Shown here piece after piece: positions 1 through 9,147 of a stretch of DNA of 30,715 nucleotides. The stretch is taken from positions 1 through 30,715 of IMG/VR virus record IMGVR_UViG_3300036784_000007; one strand, written 5' to 3'. How positions within the stretch are numbered: the first letter of the stretch is position 1; each line of letters opens with the position of its first letter. Source of the stretch: a virus. Its lineage: Duplodnaviria > Caudoviricetes. Both the position numbers and the translations under genes were made by a program. A model generated the notes under the pieces. The model did no database searches. It saw only the letters and a program-made list of their open reading frames with translations, and was not told the DNA's origin.

Positions 1-137
1 CTCGAAATTTTGGCGGACAAGGAAATCGCGAAAATCTCCTAAAAGCGCAGGTCAGAGGGGGTGCGGGGCCTCACGAAACATGGTGTGGGACAATAGGATT
101 CAAACGTGACCTCAGATACCCGAAACGAGCAACGTAA

Positions 138-653
138 GTGTCTGTAACCGGCCCTCCAGACGATGGCATACCCCACGGGTTGAAGGGCGCTCGCAAGCCG
201 TACTACTGCGACTGTCAGATCTGCAAAGACGCTATCAACGAGTACAACCGTAGCCGTCGTGCGATACGGAAGACGCAGGTCAGGCAGGATGAATTAGCCG
301 CGAGGCGTGACAGGAAGATCGGTAAAACGCGTGCGGCCATTCGTGCCAAGCAGTCTGAGTCAAAAGACTCAGTTAGCAACAGGATTGGGCCGATGGAGAA
401 GGCCATCATCGCGGAGTGCGAGAATCTTCCGAGGGCTGTGGAGCGTCCGACGTTGGTAGCCGCTGCGCGCAACCTCGCGAAAGTTGTTGATAATCCGAAG
501 ATGGCGAGTATTCACACGTCAACGACTAAGCAGCTCATGGCGATACTCGCTGACCTGCATGGCGACACGGCGAAGGCGAAGGCGACTGGTAAGCGCAAGT
601 CTGGCGGTAGGCTTGCTACCGTAGGCGCATTGACGAAGGTGAAACGAGCATGA
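138..653 (+). CDS. terS: Probable terminase small subunit with N-terminal His/Cys (Zn-binding-like) motif
   Basis: First gene of the packaging operon, upstream of the large terminase. N-terminal HG...YCDCQIC motif, basic helical middle, and a helical C-terminal segment (LVAAARNLAKVVD...TTKQLMAILADL) like actinophage small terminases. Confidence 0.65.
   Translation: MSVTGPPDDGIPHGLKGARKPYYCDCQICKDAINEYNRSRRAIRKTQVRQDELAARRDRKIGKTRAAIRAKQSESKDSVSNRIGPMEKAIIAECENLPRAVERPTLVAAARNLAKVVDNPKMASIHTSTTKQLMAILADLHGDTAKAKATGKRKSGGRLATVGALTKVKRA
355..372. promoter_or_regulatory. Palindromic site copy 1: CTGAGTCA-AA-AGACTCAG (1 mismatch to consensus)
   Basis: Read directly from sequence inside the terS ORF; matches copies at 6943, 16740 and 26234. 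Confidence 0.7.
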
Positions 654-892
654 CCGTCCGGAATTTCTACATCACCTACGATGATGACGGCACAGCGCAT
701 CATCTCATCAACGACGAAGAAATACCGAAAGATGAGTGGATGCAACAGCATCCGCTACTGCGAGAAGGGAACCAAGATGGCAGACGAAATCCAGACAGCG
801 GAAACCTCGGTGGAGGTAGCGTCGGAGTCGACAACGAAGCGAAAGAGCGGATCCGCGCAGCGTTCCGCGCCAGTCGAGCAGCCGAGGGTTAA
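650..892 (+). CDS. Hypothetical protein, 80 aa
   Basis: ATGA overlap with the terS stop suggests translational coupling. Its 3' 116 nt overlap the next ORF. Confidence 0.5.
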   Translation: MTVRNFYITYDDDGTAHHLINDEEIPKDEWMQQHPLLREGNQDGRRNPDSGNLGGGSVGVDNEAKERIRAAFRASRAAEG

Positions 893-1013
893 GTACAACA
901 GTCGTGGTGTGCCGGTGAACAATTGGGACGTTCCCGAGAACGACCCGAACCTTCGCACGCATGCCGGGGAAGATCCGACCGGCGAGTCCAACGAGCTGAA
1001 GCCGGTGGAGTGA
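777..1013 (+). CDS. Hypothetical protein, 78 aa (MADEIQTAETSVEV...)
   Basis: Internal ATG at 777 of the 681..1013 frame, preceded by a purine-rich RBS-like GAGAAGGGAA; ends shortly before terL. Confidence 0.65.
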   Translation: MADEIQTAETSVEVASESTTKRKSGSAQRSAPVEQPRVKYNSRGVPVNNWDVPENDPNLRTHAGEDPTGESNELKPVE

Positions 1014-1035
1014 ACTACAACTGGGCCGTTCGTCG

Positions 1036-2691
1036 GTGGCAGTGTCCGTACTGGACGTACCCGTATCTGGAATGTCTACTGCGACCGTAATTCTCGGTTG
1101 CACTGAGCCGAGGATTTACACCAAACCCCTTGAGCACCATTGCGATCCGCTCACTGGCGAGTTGCTACCGGAGTTCACGGACGGGCCAGCGGCGATAGCG
1201 TTCGCCACGAAGATCCTTGGTATCACGCTATTTCCTTGGCAGGAATGGCTTTTGAACCATGCGCTGGAATTGAACGACGATGGGCTGTACAGGTTCCGCA
1301 TCGTTATCACGATGGTGGCCCGTCAGAACGGGAAGACTACGGTAGAGAACGTTCTAGCGTTGTGGCATATGTACGCGTTGGAATCCGGCATGGTCATCGG
1401 TACGGCGCAGAACCTCGACCGCTCCGAGGAAGCCTGGAAGGACTGCCTAGCGTTAGCGGAGTTGGACGACGAACTGAACGAGATGATCGAAGAACGAAAC
1501 TTCGGTCACCCCAAGTTCTTTAACCTCGACAACGGCTGCGAATATCGCGTGGTGGCCGCGAGCCGTCGCGGTGGTCGTGGCTTCTCCGGTGATCTGATCC
1601 TGTTGGATGAGCTACGCGAGCACCATAGTTGGGATTCGTGGTCCTCTGTAACGAACACAATGAACGCCAGGCCACTTGCTCAGGCGTTCGCGTTTTCTAA
1701 CGCTGGTGACGCTCTGGGCGTCGTTCTGAGGTATCAGAGAGCACTCGCGCACCGCGAGCTGGGATGGCCCGATGGTGACGACGATGCTGTGCTGTTGGGT
1801 TCGGACTCAGACGTATTCGTCGGCATGGATCCCAACGAGCTACCCGAGGGTTGGGACGAGATCACCACCGGTTTCTTCGAGTGGTCGGCACCGCCGAACG
1901 CGAAGCGCAGCGATATGCAGGCGCTCGCTCAGGCTAACCCTTCGGTGAATCACACTGAGGTCACGCTGAATTGCCCGACGACGCGTACATTGCTTGGGGC
2001 GCTTCGGTCTACGCCGCCGCTGGAATATGACATGGAGGTGCTATGCCGCTTCGTCGCCGGTGCCGATGGGGGGCCGTTCCCCGAAGGCTCATGGGACGCA
2101 ACGAAAGACGAAGACGCTTCCCCCGGCGAAGACGCCGAAATCGTTGTGTGCGTGGAGATTTCGACACGGCGTGAGATAGCGTTCGTGTCGCGGGCCGGTC
2201 GATATGTCAGGGACGGGAAAGATGTTGCGGTGGTTGGTATCTCGGAGGAGATAGAACCAACCAAGCTTGTCGAGTACCTCATAGCAACGAGCGACACATG
2301 CAAGGGGATCGTGGTGCGCTGCGAGTCTGGCGCACCGACCGTGAACCTGCTAGAAGACTTAAAAGATGCTGAGACAGAAGATGGTTCACCATTACCGATC
2401 ATCGAGTGGAATGGCGCCGATGTGATGGCGGCGCACGCTGACATCACAGATCGGTTGCTTAACAGGGCAATTGAGCACCTCCCGCATAGGGGGCTCGACA
2501 TAGCGGCGACAAGCGCCGAACCACTGATGAACCCTGGCGGTGGCTGGCGCGTCGACATACGCCGATCACCAAGCGACACAGCGCCGTTATACGCTGCCAT
2601 CGGTGCGGTGTGGGGGATGGACCATCTGCCAGAAGAGACTAGTATCTATGCAACACGTCCGGTACGGGTCATACGAAGGCGAGGCTTCTGA
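1036..2691 (+). CDS. terL: Terminase large subunit
   Basis: Adenine-binding LFPWQ, Walker A VARQNGKTT, Walker B LILLDELRE, coupling motif FSNAG, ANPS motif, and C-terminal D-x-A-P-L-x-A nuclease helix. The start could instead be the ATG at 1072. Confidence 0.97.
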   Translation: MAVSVLDVPVSGMSTATVILGCTEPRIYTKPLEHHCDPLTGELLPEFTDGPAAIAFATKILGITLFPWQEWLLNHALELNDDGLYRFRIVITMVARQNGKTTVENVLALWHMYALESGMVIGTAQNLDRSEEAWKDCLALAELDDELNEMIEERNFGHPKFFNLDNGCEYRVVAASRRGGRGFSGDLILLDELREHHSWDSWSSVTNTMNARPLAQAFAFSNAGDALGVVLRYQRALAHRELGWPDGDDDAVLLGSDSDVFVGMDPNELPEGWDEITTGFFEWSAPPNAKRSDMQALAQANPSVNHTEVTLNCPTTRTLLGALRSTPPLEYDMEVLCRFVAGADGGPFPEGSWDATKDEDASPGEDAEIVVCVEISTRREIAFVSRAGRYVRDGKDVAVVGISEEIEPTKLVEYLIATSDTCKGIVVRCESGAPTVNLLEDLKDAETEDGSPLPIIEWNGADVMAAHADITDRLLNRAIEHLPHRGLDIAATSAEPLMNPGGGWRVDIRRSPSDTAPLYAAIGAVWGMDHLPEETSIYATRPVRVIRRRGF

Positions 2692-2981
2692 TGGGATGGT
2701 ACGTAGCCGCTTGCTGGCCGCTACTCATCGCGATAGTTGTTGCCTCCTACGAGTTTCGGGCCCGCAAGAAAGCCGTGCGTTATGCGGTAACTCTCGTCCG
2801 AAACGAGGGAGCTTTCATAGGATTGTGCATCCAAAAGCGTTGGAACACATGGACTTTCGTCGATGTTAAGATTCAACCCACAAATCCCGGCGGTGCTCAA
2901 ATAGCCGCTGCGCCAGGCGAACTGCACGTGCCATCTTCAAACATCTTGTACTACCAGGAGATAACGAATGTTGCTGAGTAG
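2691..2981 (+). CDS. Small protein with N-terminal transmembrane segment, between terminase and portal
   Basis: TGATG overlap with terL; hydrophobic N-terminus (WYVAACWPLLIAIVVASY) followed by a beta-rich domain. Confidence 0.75.
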   Translation: MGWYVAACWPLLIAIVVASYEFRARKKAVRYAVTLVRNEGAFIGLCIQKRWNTWTFVDVKIQPTNPGGAQIAAAPGELHVPSSNILYYQEITNVAE

Positions 2982-4458
2982 CGGCGTATTCCGGCCGCTT
3001 GCACCGCAAGCGTTCGCCGAAGTCGCGCCACAATTCAACGAAGCCTACTTCGGGCCTCGCACCGGAATAGCGTTGCAAACACAGGTCGCAACCTACGGGA
3101 TGATGTACCGTGTACAGCCGCACCTGTTCACCGCCATCAACAAAGTAGCCAACCTTATAGCGAAACTCACCATCGGAGTCTACGACACGTCACCCGAGAG
3201 CGGTGACATACTTGACCGCACAGGGCCATACGCCCAACTCATGCGAAGCCCATGCCTGTTCCTGCCGAGATTCAAGTTCTACCAATGGCTTTCGATAACC
3301 TACGAAACATACGGCGAAGTCTACCTAGTGAAAAACCGTGTGCCGCAAGAGGATGGCAAAGGTCGCATCCTGTCGTTTATCCCAATGCATCCCGTGAACA
3401 CGCACATAAAGCGGGCCGACGACGGAACCCTGATCTACGGGTTCACCGGCTCGCCCGATCATTGGTTCCGGGAAGACGATATAGTTCCGTTCCGAAGTTA
3501 CAACCCTGACAACACCATGCGTGGTCTGTCTCGTATGGAACCGCTGAGAAAGACTCTGATGAACGAAGACTCGTTAATCAGGGCTCAAAGATCGTTGGCG
3601 GACAACATGTTACGGCCATCCTACGTGCTGTCCACACCAAAACGGTTGGGCGAGAAGGGATACCAGCACCTAGAGCAAGCCGTGCAAGCTGTTGGCGGTG
3701 TCGATGGCGCGGGTGGCGTGATGATCCTAGAGGACGATGTGACCGCCACGCGGATGCAGCTCGACGCAGAAGAGATGCAGTACATCGAGACCCGAAAGCT
3801 AAACCGCTCAGAGTGTTTCGAGGTTTACGACGTGAACCCCGCTGCGGGGCAAATCAACGACAACACCACACAGACCAGCTACGAGCCGATGACGAAAGAT
3901 GTTTACAAATCGTCAATCGACCACCGGCTCAAGGACATTGAGTCGACGTTCGACTTCTACGTCGGCGCAGAGTTCAACGGACCCAAGGAGTTTCGTTTCG
4001 AGGTCAACAACCGGCTACGAGCCGATATTGAAGTGTTGGCACCGGCCGTCGTGCAGCTCGTACAGTCGTTCGTGCTCAAACCGTCCGAAGGTCGTTTATG
4101 GCTTGGCCTTTCAGATGCGGGCTCCGACGCCGATCAACTGTTCGGTAACCAAGCGCTGAAGTCAATCAAGTTCGCGCTAGAGGAAGCCATCGAGAAGCCT
4201 ACCCTCGTGGGACCGGAGAACGCGGCGCTACCTGGTGGGGCGAGTAACAATCAGCATCCGAACGCGCAAGGTGATCTGCCGCAGAAGGTTCCGGCTCTCA
4301 CCGACAAGGCCAAGCAGTACAAGAATCAGATTTTCAGCGGGCTTGGGCGCGGGAAGCGTTGGGATGAAGTAGCTTTCAAACTGTTAGATCGAAACCCATT
4401 GGACCGGCAGGACATTCAGGTAGCCTGCCTGCACATTTTAATGGAGCAGCAAACATGA
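2968..4458 (+). CDS. Portal protein, HK97 family
   Basis: Position after terL; YGEVYLVK, IPMHP, FRSYNPD...GLSRME, GGVMILE and QYIETRK motifs; GGAG RBS upstream. Confidence 0.95.
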   Translation: MLLSSGVFRPLAPQAFAEVAPQFNEAYFGPRTGIALQTQVATYGMMYRVQPHLFTAINKVANLIAKLTIGVYDTSPESGDILDRTGPYAQLMRSPCLFLPRFKFYQWLSITYETYGEVYLVKNRVPQEDGKGRILSFIPMHPVNTHIKRADDGTLIYGFTGSPDHWFREDDIVPFRSYNPDNTMRGLSRMEPLRKTLMNEDSLIRAQRSLADNMLRPSYVLSTPKRLGEKGYQHLEQAVQAVGGVDGAGGVMILEDDVTATRMQLDAEEMQYIETRKLNRSECFEVYDVNPAAGQINDNTTQTSYEPMTKDVYKSSIDHRLKDIESTFDFYVGAEFNGPKEFRFEVNNRLRADIEVLAPAVVQLVQSFVLKPSEGRLWLGLSDAGSDADQLFGNQALKSIKFALEEAIEKPTLVGPENAALPGGASNNQHPNAQGDLPQKVPALTDKAKQYKNQIFSGLGRGKRWDEVAFKLLDRNPLDRQDIQVACLHILMEQQT

Positions 4459-5318
4459 ATATCCAATTGAAGTCAGCGGCAATGGAATTGGTTCCCGTCG
4501 AGGAATCAACCGACGCCTACCCTGGTAGTTTCCACGCCATCATCAGTTCGCCGAAGCAAGACAGGGACGGCGACACGCTGAGCCCTGATGAATGGGAGCA
4601 GCCGCTACCGGACCACATCGTCATCAACGGCGACCACGACAACAACCACATCATGTCTACCGTAGGATCCGGTAGGCCAACGTTGGAGCCTGACAACAAC
4701 ATTCACGTGCGCGGCACCTTCGCAACCACCGACTACGCGCAGAACGTGCGCAAGCTCGCCAGCAAGGGACCCAACGGTGAAGCGCCGCACCTCCGTTCGC
4801 TATCGTGCGCCTACCGTGAGAAGGAAACATCGAAAGGTGTTTCACGCGAACTAGTTAACGCCTCGTTCGTCGTCGTCCCGTCCAACACCGATTGCGTGCT
4901 CATCGACTCGAAATCCTTCCAGCCGGTCGACCAGACCAGCAAGGCAAAGGAATTCGCCAAGACAGTCACCAAGCAGCTTTCCGACATGACCCCGGCCGAC
5001 CGGACGCAAGCCATCCACGATCTGAGTTCAGAGCTTGGGGCGTCGTGCTTCTCGCTCATGGACGATGATGCCGGTGCCGTCGAAGCGAAATCGACTGTGC
5101 CGGAAGTGCAGAAGCACTACGAAGAACTTGCCAAGATGGGTTACCATGTGACGCTGAAAGACGCGTCCGGTAACGTCATTACGGCAGAACAGATTTCGCA
5201 GACACCGCAGGCACCCGAGGAATCGGCTGACCGGAACGGTGCTCCGAAAGAAAATGCAGCCGCACTCGACAGGCTCAAGGCCGCTGCGCTCGAAATGTCA
5301 ACCAGGGCAATAGATTAG
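4455..5318 (+). CDS. Capsid maturation (prohead) protease
   Basis: Between portal and capsid; DRDGD, His in NGDHD, LRSLSCAY and ELVNASFVVVPSN motifs of HK97-type proteases. Confidence 0.9.
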   Translation: MNIQLKSAAMELVPVEESTDAYPGSFHAIISSPKQDRDGDTLSPDEWEQPLPDHIVINGDHDNNHIMSTVGSGRPTLEPDNNIHVRGTFATTDYAQNVRKLASKGPNGEAPHLRSLSCAYREKETSKGVSRELVNASFVVVPSNTDCVLIDSKSFQPVDQTSKAKEFAKTVTKQLSDMTPADRTQAIHDLSSELGASCFSLMDDDAGAVEAKSTVPEVQKHYEELAKMGYHVTLKDASGNVITAEQISQTPQAPEESADRNGAPKENAAALDRLKAAALEMSTRAID

Positions 5319-5327
5319 GAGAAAACA

Positions 5328-6881
5328 ATGCCCAACGTACTAGAACTGAAGCAGCAGGCCGTCGAGCTGAAGCGCGAAACTGGCGAGAAGCTCAAGGCCG
5401 TCAACGAAGGAACCATCACCCTCGCCGAATTCACGCAGTACATGAACGGCAACGGCGACGGCAAAACCGGTGCGGTAGCACGCGACAAGGACATCGGCCT
5501 CGGCATCAAGGCGTACGGCGAAGCCAATCGAATCTTTTCCGGCCAGGACGAAGGCAACGGCGACGGCGCACCCCCGCAGATCCCGCAATCGCTGAAAGTC
5601 AAGCGGGCGCAAGAGAACTGGACCCGGTACAAGAACCTCCAGAAGATGGCCAGCGAGAACGCCCGCAACATCGTCTCTGGCGGCACCGGCCAAAATCAGG
5701 GCTCGTTCTCGTTCGACATTGCGCTGAAGCGGGCGAATGATCCTTGGGCCGTTACTATTCCGGACGGCGAACCGCTGCACGAGAAGGCTCAGGGTGTCGC
5801 AGGGTTGCAGGGTGTCCAGACAAGCGGCACCACAGCACCTCCCACCGGCATGTACGCGCAAGGCGTCTACTTCCCCGGTGGTACTGCGGGTCCGCTGGTC
5901 GAGCCGGAATTCGAGCCGGGCATCGCGGAACTTCGCTTCTACCCCAACGTGATTGAGAGTCTGTTCCCCTCAGTCCCGGTGGGCGGCGGCGTCGTGTCCT
6001 ACGTCAAGCAGACCGCGATGACCAACGTCGCAGCGGCCACGCCCGAAGGCGCGACCAAGCCGACGAGTTCCGTTGCGGTGGCACGCTATTCGGATACCAT
6101 CGGAAAGATTACGAACCTGGAGCGGGTGACAGACGAAACTATCGAGGACGCCCCCCAGTTCTGGGCGCTAGTCCAACAGGACGGCGTACTCGGCGTGTCA
6201 CGCAAGTTCGAGGTCGAATTGCTTGCTGGTACAGGGCTTCCCGGCGTCAACGGGTTGCTCAACCGCAACGCGCCAGCCGGTGGCCTGTCGTATCCGTCAG
6301 GGTTCCTGATCCCGACAACAGTCACGCCAGTGACGGGTACCGTGATCGGCGGCGCTGCCGGTGCTGGTGCAACATCGGAGACGGTCGCTAGCATCACCCC
6401 CGGTAGGAAGTACACTCTCCCAACGGATTACACGAAGGGAACCGCAGCGGCCGAAGCACTGTTGCAGGCGGTCACCGACATTCGGGTGACGTACTTCTTC
6501 GAGCCCGACGCGATGGTGCTCAATCCTGTTGACTGGCAAGTGATTAGGCTTGCTAAGGATGCGAACGGTCAATATCTGGGAGGTTCGTTCTTCGGGACCA
6601 ACTACGGTATTGCCGCCAACGCGGGCAGCCTCGGTATTGAGGATGCGCTGACGCTGTGGAACAAGCGTGTCGTCTCGACTCCTGTTGAGCCACAGGGTCT
6701 TCCGATCGTCGGGGACTTCAGGGACGGCGGGAAGATTCTTCGGCGCGGCGGGATGCGTGTCGACGTGACCAACATGAACGGGTTCGATTTCGAGCAGAAC
6801 TTGTGGACGATGCGAGCTGAGATCCGTGCGGGTCTTCAGGTCAAGCGCCCCGAGCTGTTTGAAATCGTGCAGTTCGCCTAA
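5328..6881 (+). CDS. Major capsid protein, HK97 fold, with N-terminal delta-like domain
   Basis: AGGAG RBS; PEGATKP, ELLAGTG, MVLNPVDW, KDANGQYL, IVGDF and FEQNLWTMRAEIR...VKRP motifs. Confidence 0.95.
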   Translation: MPNVLELKQQAVELKRETGEKLKAVNEGTITLAEFTQYMNGNGDGKTGAVARDKDIGLGIKAYGEANRIFSGQDEGNGDGAPPQIPQSLKVKRAQENWTRYKNLQKMASENARNIVSGGTGQNQGSFSFDIALKRANDPWAVTIPDGEPLHEKAQGVAGLQGVQTSGTTAPPTGMYAQGVYFPGGTAGPLVEPEFEPGIAELRFYPNVIESLFPSVPVGGGVVSYVKQTAMTNVAAATPEGATKPTSSVAVARYSDTIGKITNLERVTDETIEDAPQFWALVQQDGVLGVSRKFEVELLAGTGLPGVNGLLNRNAPAGGLSYPSGFLIPTTVTPVTGTVIGGAAGAGATSETVASITPGRKYTLPTDYTKGTAAAEALLQAVTDIRVTYFFEPDAMVLNPVDWQVIRLAKDANGQYLGGSFFGTNYGIAANAGSLGIEDALTLWNKRVVSTPVEPQGLPIVGDFRDGGKILRRGGMRVDVTNMNGFDFEQNLWTMRAEIRAGLQVKRPELFEIVQFA

Positions 6882-6890
6882 GATAGGGAA

Positions 6891-6937
6891 TGGTGTTGGT
6901 GGCCGGTTGATCTGGTCGTCTCCCGGCCACCACACCA
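6891..6937 (+). terminator. GC-rich stem-loop after the capsid gene (terminator or mRNA-stabilising hairpin)
   Basis: TGGTG(T)TGGTGGCCGG at 6891-6906 pairs with CCGGCCACCACACCA at 6923-6937. No U-tract. Confidence 0.65.
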
Positions 6938-6942
6938 ACCTA

Positions 6943-6960
6943 CTGAGTCACATGACTCAG
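6943..6960. promoter_or_regulatory. Palindromic site copy 2: CTGAGTCA-CA-TGACTCAG
   Basis: Intergenic, right after the capsid hairpin; arms extend to 9 bp (6942-6961). Confidence 0.8.
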
Positions 6961-6982
6961 TTACGTTGAGAGGAAACGGATT

Positions 6983-7312
6983 ATGCCGTTATTCGACGAG
7001 GAGGCACTGAGCCTCACCAATCAAAGCGCCGCTGGGCCAGGCACAATCGTGGACCAAGGGCTCATCGGTTCGAGCCACACAATGGTCGTCACCAGCGGCG
7101 CTGGAGTGACAGCCGGTTCGGTGCAATTCAAGGGCAGCCTCGACAGCGTCAACTGGTTCAATCTTGGTGCGGCAGTAAGTACTAACGCCGCCAACACCAC
7201 CTTCCCCCCGGTCGTCATCTCCGGTCAGCCTGTACGGTATCTACGCGCAGACATTGCCACAGTGATAACGGGCGGCACCGTCTCGGCTATGTGCGCCAGC
7301 GCGGGGGCATGA
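6983..7312 (+). CDS. Small beta-rich virion protein (possible capsid decoration protein)
   Basis: GAGAGGAAA RBS; follows the capsid gene; alternating beta-strand pattern (VQFKGSLDSVNW, VRYLRADI). Confidence 0.6.
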   Translation: MPLFDEEALSLTNQSAAGPGTIVDQGLIGSSHTMVVTSGAGVTAGSVQFKGSLDSVNWFNLGAAVSTNAANTTFPPVVISGQPVRYLRADIATVITGGTVSAMCASAGA

Positions 7313-7313
7313 C

Positions 7314-7466
7314 ATGACAGGCCCATACTGCAACGACTCCGACGACCTGTACATCACACACGAGACCGGCGAAGACACTGTGCAGGACACGATTTCGACG
7401 TTCCCTGATGTGGATGGCGGCGACGGCAATCCCCGCACCGTCACTGTGAGGAAGCCTCGACCGTGA
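7314..7466 (+). CDS. Hypothetical 50-aa protein (MTGPYCNDSDDLYITHETGEDTVQDTISTFPDVDGGDGNPRTVTVRKPRP), not in the ORF track
   Basis: Translated by hand. Starts 1 nt after the previous stop and ends in a GTGA overlap with the next gene, filling the gap exactly. Confidence 0.7.
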   Translation: MTGPYCNDSDDLYITHETGEDTVQDTISTFPDVDGGDGNPRTVTVRKPRP

Positions 7467-7987
7467 CCTCGCCACTGCTGAACGCAACGGATTTCGCGTC
7501 TTTCCAAGCGAAGGACCCGAATTGGTTCCTCGGTGCGATCGGCGACACCATCGTTGATTTTTGCGGCTGGCACATCTACCCGGTTCTCCCAGATACCAAC
7601 GTGGACACCAAGGTTGGCAGCAAGGGGATAATTATCCTGCCGACACTCAACCTGGTGTCCGTTCAAGCAGTACGGATTAACGGCACAGTGATAGACCCGA
7701 GTCTCTACACCGTGTACACGACCGGATATATCACTTACGACGGCTACAACGGGCGGCGCGCACGTGGGTTGCCCGTATCCGTTGACATGACACACGGTTA
7801 CGTGACTGTCCCGAAACCTGTTGCAGAGGTTGGGTTTGAGCTGACGGGCCGCACCATCGAGAAGCCAGCCGGTGTCGTGCAAGACATTCAGCGCGGGCCG
7901 ACACGAATGAAATTCGGCGAATTCGGTCCCGTCCTCTCTGACGACCAGAAGGACCGCCTCGGCCCGTACACCATAGTGAGGGTCTGA
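7463..7987 (+). CDS. Head-to-tail adaptor
   Basis: FCGWHIYP, LPTLNLVSV and VDMTHGY...P motifs typical of actinophage adaptors; synteny. Confidence 0.85.
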   Translation: MTSPLLNATDFASFQAKDPNWFLGAIGDTIVDFCGWHIYPVLPDTNVDTKVGSKGIIILPTLNLVSVQAVRINGTVIDPSLYTVYTTGYITYDGYNGRRARGLPVSVDMTHGYVTVPKPVAEVGFELTGRTIEKPAGVVQDIQRGPTRMKFGEFGPVLSDDQKDRLGPYTIVRV

Positions 7988-7989
7988 AA

Positions 7990-8373
7990 GTGTCTGTGCT
8001 GCAAGCTGAGATCGCCATACAGCACCTTGTGTACGTTCCTCACACGGGGTCGACGGGTAGGCATGGCAGCTCGCAGGAAGGGACGCACGCCGCACCGGTT
8101 ACGCGTTACGCGTATCAGATATATCCGGCACGCTGGCAACGGCCCGTACCGGATCCGATCAACCTGGAAGACATAGCCCGCACCGTCACTGATCTGATAA
8201 TGGACGTACCAGACCCGTCTGTGTACAAGAAATTGGATGATGTTCTGATACAGGGGATTTCGTTTCAGGTGCAGGGTCTACCGGATTACACCGGTTGGGG
8301 CGACGGCTTGCAGATCATGAGCGAATACGATGACATGTTCGGCGGCATCGTGCTCGTTAAGCGGGTGACCTGA
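7990..8373 (+). CDS. Head-to-tail stopper
   Basis: Synteny; D-x-V-x-I-x-G-x-x-F-x-V-x-G pattern and a C-terminal VLVKRVT. Confidence 0.75.
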   Translation: MSVLQAEIAIQHLVYVPHTGSTGRHGSSQEGTHAAPVTRYAYQIYPARWQRPVPDPINLEDIARTVTDLIMDVPDPSVYKKLDDVLIQGISFQVQGLPDYTGWGDGLQIMSEYDDMFGGIVLVKRVT

Positions 8374-8374
8374 C

Positions 8375-8683
8375 ATGCCAGAACTGTTTAGTACCAACGG
8401 TGCTCACCTCAAAGTCGACATGACCGACGAATACGATCCCGGCATCACGGCCGAGATCGACCAGCAGATACGACACATGCGGCCGGTACTGCTGAGGATG
8501 ATGGAAAAGGCTGCACAGCTTAGGGATTCGACCGGCTCAAGCAACTTCGAGATCGTCGCGCAGATCGACCCGAATACGCAGCGGGCACGAGCCTACGTCG
8601 TACCCAAGAACAACAAAGGCATCCACGAGGAACTATCGCAAGCGGTGCTACTCAAAGCGGCGTTGGGGATGAGCGGCAAATGA
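8375..8683 (+). CDS. Neck/tail-completion-region hypothetical protein
   Basis: Synteny between stopper and tail terminator; RARAYV...E...AVLLKA pattern. Confidence 0.65.
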   Translation: MPELFSTNGAHLKVDMTDEYDPGITAEIDQQIRHMRPVLLRMMEKAAQLRDSTGSSNFEIVAQIDPNTQRARAYVVPKNNKGIHEELSQAVLLKAALGMSGK

Positions 8684-9102
8684 CCAGTTACGTTGTGCCC
8701 CCGTTGGATGCGCCGGACATCGAGGATCTCGTGCCCTACTTCTACACGCCGATTTTGTCGCCCACGCCGGTTGACACGCGAATGCCGGTGGTCAGCAATG
8801 ACGCCGACACGATCAACGGATTCCTTACCGTCGAGGCTGGCGATGCAACCCGATTCGGTTTAGCCGCTTGGGATTTGAGTTTTCTACTACATGCCTACTC
8901 TCCCGTAGAGGCGCAGGCTGCCGACATTTCACGGCGTGCAATGGGTTTCGGTACAGCCGTGCAAGGACTAACCCTAATGGGTTGGTATGTAATAGGTTTG
9001 GTGAACGCCGTGGGTGGCCGAAAGCTGCCGAACCCCGACATTAGTTTGCCTCGCTACCGTAGTGCTTTAACATGGCGGGTAGCAGGTAAACCCTTAACAT
9101 AA
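8680..9102 (+). CDS. Tail terminator
   Basis: Immediately before the major tail gene; PDIE N-terminus and LPNPD..LPRYR C-terminus. Confidence 0.75.
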   Translation: MTSYVVPPLDAPDIEDLVPYFYTPILSPTPVDTRMPVVSNDADTINGFLTVEAGDATRFGLAAWDLSFLLHAYSPVEAQAADISRRAMGFGTAVQGLTLMGWYVIGLVNAVGGRKLPNPDISLPRYRSALTWRVAGKPLT

Positions 9103-9122
9103 CTGAATACCAACTGAATACC
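9101..9122. repeat. Tandem direct repeat (AACTGAATACC)x2 upstream of the major tail gene
   Basis: Read directly from sequence in an AT-rich intergenic gap. Confidence 0.85.
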
Positions 9123-9147
9123 AGAAAACAATCGAAAGGGAAAGGAA

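Noticed and set aside
1-137. Possible genome end (cos) and promoter (TAGGAT at 94-99) upstream of terS
   Set aside because: The position is compatible, but no terminus can be inferred without reads and there is no convincing -35 or extended -10 element.
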